Below, piece by piece: positions 28,218 through 32,000 of a DNA stretch of 32,000 nt (position 1 is the stretch's first letter; every line of letters starts with the position of its first letter). Under the pieces are notes generated by a model. The model had not been told where the DNA came from. It saw only the letters and a list, made by a program, of their open reading frames with translations, and made no database searches. The DNA comes from Vibrio cholerae ATCC 14035 (lineage in GTDB: Bacteria; Pseudomonadota; Gammaproteobacteria; Enterobacterales; Vibrionaceae). The translations under genes were made by a program, and so were the position numbers. The stretch lies in contig NZ_JHXR01000014.1 in NCBI RefSeq assembly GCF_000621645.1, positions 30,001 through 62,000 on the forward strand. The letters are read 5' to 3'.

Positions 28218-28464
28218 GAAAGTGTGCAAGCAAAGGTGTTAAGTTGAACCTGTCGTTCAGCACAAACCTTAGACTGAATAGTTGCGGTGCTCAATCCGGT
28301 CGTGTATAAAACGTGAGGTGCAATGAATTGCTTATGCAATCATCATGACTATAAATTGCATAAGTATTATTGTATGAAGTGATTAGTTGGCTTCTTGCAC
28401 ACTAGTTACTGCTAGGCTGCAATGCCAGCTCATGCGTCATCGTTTGCTACTTTAAGGAGATTAC

Positions 28465-31131
28465 ATGATTGGCTCAATTTGGACTAAATGGGATTTACAT
28501 ATTCATTCTCCATATACACATCAAGCAAACGAATTCGGCAGTACCACAATAGATGAGTTTGTTAATAAGGTGATTTCTTCAAACCTCAGTCTGATTGCTA
28601 TAACTAATTACTTCTTTTTTAAAGAAGATGAACTAGATGAAATTAGGGATAAATTTAAGGAAAAAGGTGCTGAAGTCACGGTTTTAGGTAATCTCGAATT
28701 TCGTATTGACCAACAAAATAAAGAAGGCGAATGGATCAATGTGCATTGTATTTTTTCGGAAAATATTACCACTCGCAAGATAAATACCATTCTGTCTACC
28801 CTCCCAATTTCTAACACCACCGCTGAACGAAAAAGTATTTATTGCTCACAGCTGTCTTTATCTGATGCCCAAACTAAAATTTCTGAAGTGATGGTGAATT
28901 TCGATGGGCTAATTCAGCATTTGAATAGAAACTTAAAATTTGGAGTAGATTTCTTGATTGCTGCCTGTCCAAATGGTTATGGTGGATTTAGACCTGACGT
29001 AACTGAAGGGCGGTCTTTGGCTGCTGCATTAGAAATAGAGAAAAGGTGCCAAATCATACTTGGAAGACCTCAAGATCGGCCGTTTTTTCTGGATCAAAAC
29101 AGATATCAATCTGCTATACAAAAGCCCGTTTTTTTTGCTTCTGACTCCCATAAATTAGAAGAAATTGGAAAAAAATACTCTTGGGTTAAAGCTAAGCCTA
29201 CATTTGAAGGTTTAAGACAAGCCATTATTGAACCAGATTTAAGAGTTCAGCAAACTGACGATTTTGTTGAAAAAACGTATATTAAACCATGGTTTAAATC
29301 GGTTGAACTAGGCGGGAAGGTTTTTGAAGGTGAGGAAATTACTTTCTTAAGTCAGAAAATTCCACTAAACCCCAACCTTATTACGATAATTGGTGGGAGA
29401 GGGACGGGTAAAAGCCTATTTTTAGATGCGATGCACTCAAGGTTTAATCATCGGGCTGAGCACTCTAATGCACGAAAAGTTAGCGGTGAAAGTCTTTGTG
29501 TTGAGTTAGATCAGGGCGATGGAACAGTGCTGAAATTTGATTCTTCGGCAAACACCTATTCCTATTTGCATGTATCACAAGGAGATGTTCAGCATTTTAG
29601 CCAAAAGCCTGATGACTTGAGTGACGAAATCAAAAGAATGCTAGGAATACATGGTATTCAATTTGATTCAGTTGCCAGCTCTGAAATAGTTAACAATTTA
29701 AGCAAGTACCAAACATTCGTTCAATATTGGGAAGATACTGATTCACAAGGGCAGCGAATAAATACACAAGGTTACCAACAAAGTGTTATTGATAGTAACA
29801 CTCAGTTAATTGCTACACTTACTAATCCTCAGAACAAATTACTTATTGAAAGTTATCAGAAAAACTCAAAAAGTATTAATGAGAAGAATAGATTCATTGA
29901 AGAGGCAAGAAATATGGTAGCTTTAATTAATCGTTACGCTACCGAATTAAATCAAAAGATTGCACTCTTAAACTCAAACGCTTGCTCAGTAAATCAGTCA
30001 CCTTTAGTTGATGAGTCTATATTCAAAGATCCAATAAATGAAAATATTAAAAACTGCAAGGATGAAATGGTAATTCTGGAAGATAATAATAAAGAAATAG
30101 CTCTTCAATTTCAGAAGCAAGGCATCAGTCAAGATATTTCATCCCTGCTTGGAAAAGTAACAGAATATCAAAAATCTATAGATCAAGCGTCAGCAAAATT
30201 GGTAGAGATAAATCAGAAAACTTCTGAATATCATGAGTACGTTCAGAAGCGTGGCGAGCTGGCACTTAGCTATAAAAATTACCTAAATAGCCAAAAAGAA
30301 AGTATCGATAATGCATTTCAAAGACTCAAGGTGAAACAGCCGAGTTGGAATGATGAACAAAATGATTTGGTTCAGAATATTCTTGTCGATATAAACATCA
30401 ATGGTAGAGTGGTATTTAATGTAGAGCAGTTTTATGCAGGGATTGAAGAGTGCTTAAATAAAGGTAAGTTTAGGAACACAAGTGAAAAATCCACCTTTGA
30501 AAGGTTGCAAGAAACTTTTTGTGTTAAATCAATCGATGACTTATTCAAGCTTGTGGCAGGTGAAAAAATAATTAACTGTGATGGCACCCCGACAAGTATC
30601 GAAGAGTTTTTTTGGAAACCTGAATATTTTAACAAAGGTGGGCGGTTCGAGCTGCTGAGTTACCTATATATACCTTCAAATATTAGAAAATATCTTTATG
30701 TAAATGCTGACTTCCAATACAAAGGGAAAGAAGTAAATAAACTGTCAGTAGGTCAACGAGGTACTTTTTACGTATGTTTGAAATTAGCTACGGATCCATT
30801 CGGCAGTCCATTTGTCTTTGACCAACCTGAGGATGATCTTGACAACGAGTTTATTATGGCTCAGCTTGTGCCACTATTTAGAAAAATAAAGAAATATCGA
30901 CAAGTAATTATTGTTACTCATAATGCTAATCTGGTCGTTAATACTGACGCTGAGCAAGTTATCGTTGCTGATAATCAGGGCGAAAATATACGTTACAGAG
31001 CTGGTTCTGTTGAAGACGGTAATGTCAAAGATAATTCAGGGATAAGAGCTGATATTTGTAACATTCTGGAAGGCGGGAGTTATGCTTTTGAGAAAAGAGA
31101 GAGAAAATACGGTATCCAAGAATTTGCCTAA
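28465..31131 (+). CDS. PHP phosphoesterase fused to a Rad50/SMC-like split ABC ATPase (888 aa); candidate single-gene anti-phage defence protein (Ppl-like architecture)
   Basis: A strong SD AAGGAGA lies 4 nt before the ATG. PHP ligand motifs are WDLHIH (aa 9-14), H94 and ASDSH (aa 225-229, nt 29137-29151). Walker A is GGRGTGKS (aa 310-317, nt 29392-29415). About 440 aa of K/E/Q/N-rich helical insert follow. The remaining ATPase motifs are signature-like LSVGQRG (aa 760-766, nt 30742-30762), Walker B FVFDQPED (aa 783-790, nt 30811-30834) and IIVTHN (aa 815-820). The gene is markedly AT-rich relative to its flanks. Confidence is high for the CDS and moderate for the function. Confidence 0.85.
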   Translation: MIGSIWTKWDLHIHSPYTHQANEFGSTTIDEFVNKVISSNLSLIAITNYFFFKEDELDEIRDKFKEKGAEVTVLGNLEFRIDQQNKEGEWINVHCIFSENITTRKINTILSTLPISNTTAERKSIYCSQLSLSDAQTKISEVMVNFDGLIQHLNRNLKFGVDFLIAACPNGYGGFRPDVTEGRSLAAALEIEKRCQIILGRPQDRPFFLDQNRYQSAIQKPVFFASDSHKLEEIGKKYSWVKAKPTFEGLRQAIIEPDLRVQQTDDFVEKTYIKPWFKSVELGGKVFEGEEITFLSQKIPLNPNLITIIGGRGTGKSLFLDAMHSRFNHRAEHSNARKVSGESLCVELDQGDGTVLKFDSSANTYSYLHVSQGDVQHFSQKPDDLSDEIKRMLGIHGIQFDSVASSEIVNNLSKYQTFVQYWEDTDSQGQRINTQGYQQSVIDSNTQLIATLTNPQNKLLIESYQKNSKSINEKNRFIEEARNMVALINRYATELNQKIALLNSNACSVNQSPLVDESIFKDPINENIKNCKDEMVILEDNNKEIALQFQKQGISQDISSLLGKVTEYQKSIDQASAKLVEINQKTSEYHEYVQKRGELALSYKNYLNSQKESIDNAFQRLKVKQPSWNDEQNDLVQNILVDININGRVVFNVEQFYAGIEECLNKGKFRNTSEKSTFERLQETFCVKSIDDLFKLVAGEKIINCDGTPTSIEEFFWKPEYFNKGGRFELLSYLYIPSNIRKYLYVNADFQYKGKEVNKLSVGQRGTFYVCLKLATDPFGSPFVFDQPEDDLDNEFIMAQLVPLFRKIKKYRQVIIVTHNANLVVNTDAEQVIVADNQGENIRYRAGSVEDGNVKDNSGIRADICNILEGGSYAFEKRERKYGIQEFA

Positions 31132-31312
31132 CAAGCCACTACACTCGGAAATTTTACTCGCTTTGCTCCCAAAATTCCGGTGAATGGATAGGTAAACCTA
31201 TAGAAATTTTAATCCGAAACTCAAAAATTAGAGTTGGGAGCTTAACACGCTTCTGTCCATAAACGCGTCATCCCAAATCAGCGATAAACTCCAAGTGACT
31301 ACAAATCTAGTT

Positions 31313-31731
31313 CCCTCCCCTTTTAGGGGAGGGTTAGGGTGGGGTATTTTAGTTTTCGCTGAAGTTTGTATTTTCCACGTTTAACACATCTGGTGCGAAA
31401 TACCCCCTCCCAACCTCCCCCTATAAGGGAGAGGGGCGTGAAACATTTGAGTTTTGTTGAAGTATTTATTTCCCACTATTTAACTCATCTGGCGTGAAAT
31501 ACCCCCTCCCAACCTCCCCCTATAAGGGGGAGGAGCGTGAAACATTTGAGTTTCGCCGAAGTATTTATTTTCAACTATTTAACTCATCTGGCGCGAAATA
31601 CCCCCACCCGTCCTCCCCTATAAGGGGGAGGGGGCTGTAATATTTGAGTGTCGCTGAAATATTTATTTTCCACGTTTAATACATCTGGCGCGAAATACCC
31701 CCTCCCAACCTCCCCTTATAAGGGGGAGGGG
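31313..31731 (+). repeat. Tandem array of about 99-bp repeats (3 full units, 1 truncated, plus a leading variant unit), each carrying a C-tract/G-tract palindrome
   Basis: Unit starts (CATCTGG) are at 31387, 31486, 31585 and 31682, giving periods of 99, 99 and 97. Each unit has GAAATACCCCCTCCCAA followed by the hairpin CCTCCCCC-TATAA-GGGGGAGG. A leading element at 31313-31350 has the hairpin CCCTCCCC-TTTT-(A)GGGGAGGG with the arm inverted (TTAGGGTGGGGTATTTT). Confidence 0.9.
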
Positions 31732-31904
31732 TAACGAAGCCTGTACAAAACGCTTTCCCATTAAAAACAGCAAAGTACCAGACGCAGACCGTATTGAGGT
31801 ATGCTAACGCCTCTTGGTTTTCGAGGGGCGAGGTTGCTCCTCTGGTTAACGTGATTGCGGAGTGGGCGACACTGGCGCACTCCAATCCATCATTAAGTGA
31901 TTGC

Positions 31905-32000
31905 ATGAAAAAATGGTTAATGGTGCAAGGCACCACCTCAGATGCGGGAAAAAGCGTGTTGGTTGCCGGCTTGTGCCGAGTATTGGCGCGTCGCGGCATT
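31905..32000 (+). CDS. cobQ: Cobyric acid synthase CobQ/CbiP, N-terminal 32 codons (continues beyond the window)
   Basis: ATG at 31905 is followed by [32 protein letters not shown], which is open to the window end. [17 protein letters not shown] is the conserved CobQ N-terminal P-loop-like motif. The ORF is absent from the supplied track because it is short and open-ended. Confidence 0.8.
   Translation, partial: MKKWLMVQGTTSDAGKSVLVAGLCRVLARRGI

Noticed and set aside
27945-28247. 100-aa ORF overlapping the 101-aa secreted-protein gene in another frame
   Set aside because: It overlaps 27860..28165 in the +1 frame and reads through the terminator hairpin (…KKPPRRAAES… is the hairpin translated). 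It lacks a signal peptide or SD.
28220-31312. Classical mobile element (integrative island, transposon, prophage remnant) carrying the PHP-ATPase gene
   Set aside because: I found no integrase, transposase or recombinase ORF, no terminal inverted repeats, and no flanking direct repeat longer than 8 nt. I therefore call it only a compositionally foreign islet, not a mobile element.
31313-31731. CRISPR array interpretation of the regularly spaced palindromic repeats
   Set aside because: The whole 97-99-nt unit is repeated, including the AT-rich 'inter-palindrome' part, so there are no unique spacers. The period is far longer than repeat plus spacer of known CRISPR types, and no cas genes are nearby.
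31313-31731. Integron attC / V. cholerae repeat (VCR) cassette sites
   Set aside because: The units do not resemble the VCR sequence as I remember it. They lack the extended imperfect end-to-end dyad (R''-L''...L'-R') of attC sites, and no cassette ORFs lie between them.
31732-31904. Cobalamin riboswitch in the 173-nt leader upstream of cobQ
   Set aside because: I looked for the B12-box core (…GCCACTG…) and the GGGAA…GGTG…TCC pattern. The closest string is GGGCGACACTGGCGC, which does not fit. I cannot support the call without a covariance-model scan (Rfam RF00174).
31676-31999. 107-aa minus-strand ORF at the window end
   Set aside because: It runs antisense through the cobQ start and into the tandem repeats (the GGG/PPP-rich peptide comes from the C/G tracts). 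The plus-strand CobQ N-terminus is a far better explanation.

Overview
The window reads as Vibrio cholerae-type small-chromosome DNA. That call rests on my recognition of the encoded proteins, not on a database search. About 28 kb is ordinary, tightly packed core genome. In order it holds: the 3' end of viaA, tRNA-Cys, the artPIQM arginine ABC transporter, a divergent LysR regulator/VOC-glyoxalase pair, tRNA-Leu plus a second identical tRNA-Cys, a class-3 lipase, an MFS transporter, thioredoxin-2, a FabH paralog, glpCBA divergent from glpFK, a small 3-TM membrane protein, yeeX, yceH, a GIY-YIG protein, a TraF-like outer-membrane barrel, the AI-2 quorum-sensing pair luxPQ, a convergent PilZ (c-di-GMP) protein, a small OM barrel, a YgiW-type OB-fold protein and a small secreted protein. 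The one clearly accessory segment is about 28.3-31.3 kb. It is an AT-rich islet (about 35% G+C by hand counts, against 43-53% in the flanks) carrying a single 888-aa gene. That gene fuses an N-terminal PHP phosphoesterase to a Rad50/SMC-like split ABC ATPase with a long coiled-coil insert. No integrase, transposase, methylase or partner gene is present. A hairpin terminator bounds the islet on the left, and an array of about 99-bp tandem repeats with C-tract/G-tract palindromes bounds it on the right, just upstream of the cobQ start at the window edge. I consider this a candidate stand-alone nuclease-ATPase anti-phage defence gene, similar in architecture to the PHP+ATPase 'Ppl' type. It is the main thing worth following up. 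The remaining findings are minor: a CNPC thioredoxin active site, duplicated tRNA-Cys with shared promoter cores, repeated ATGTTCGT boxes in the glp control region, and a luxQ/PilZ 3' overlap.
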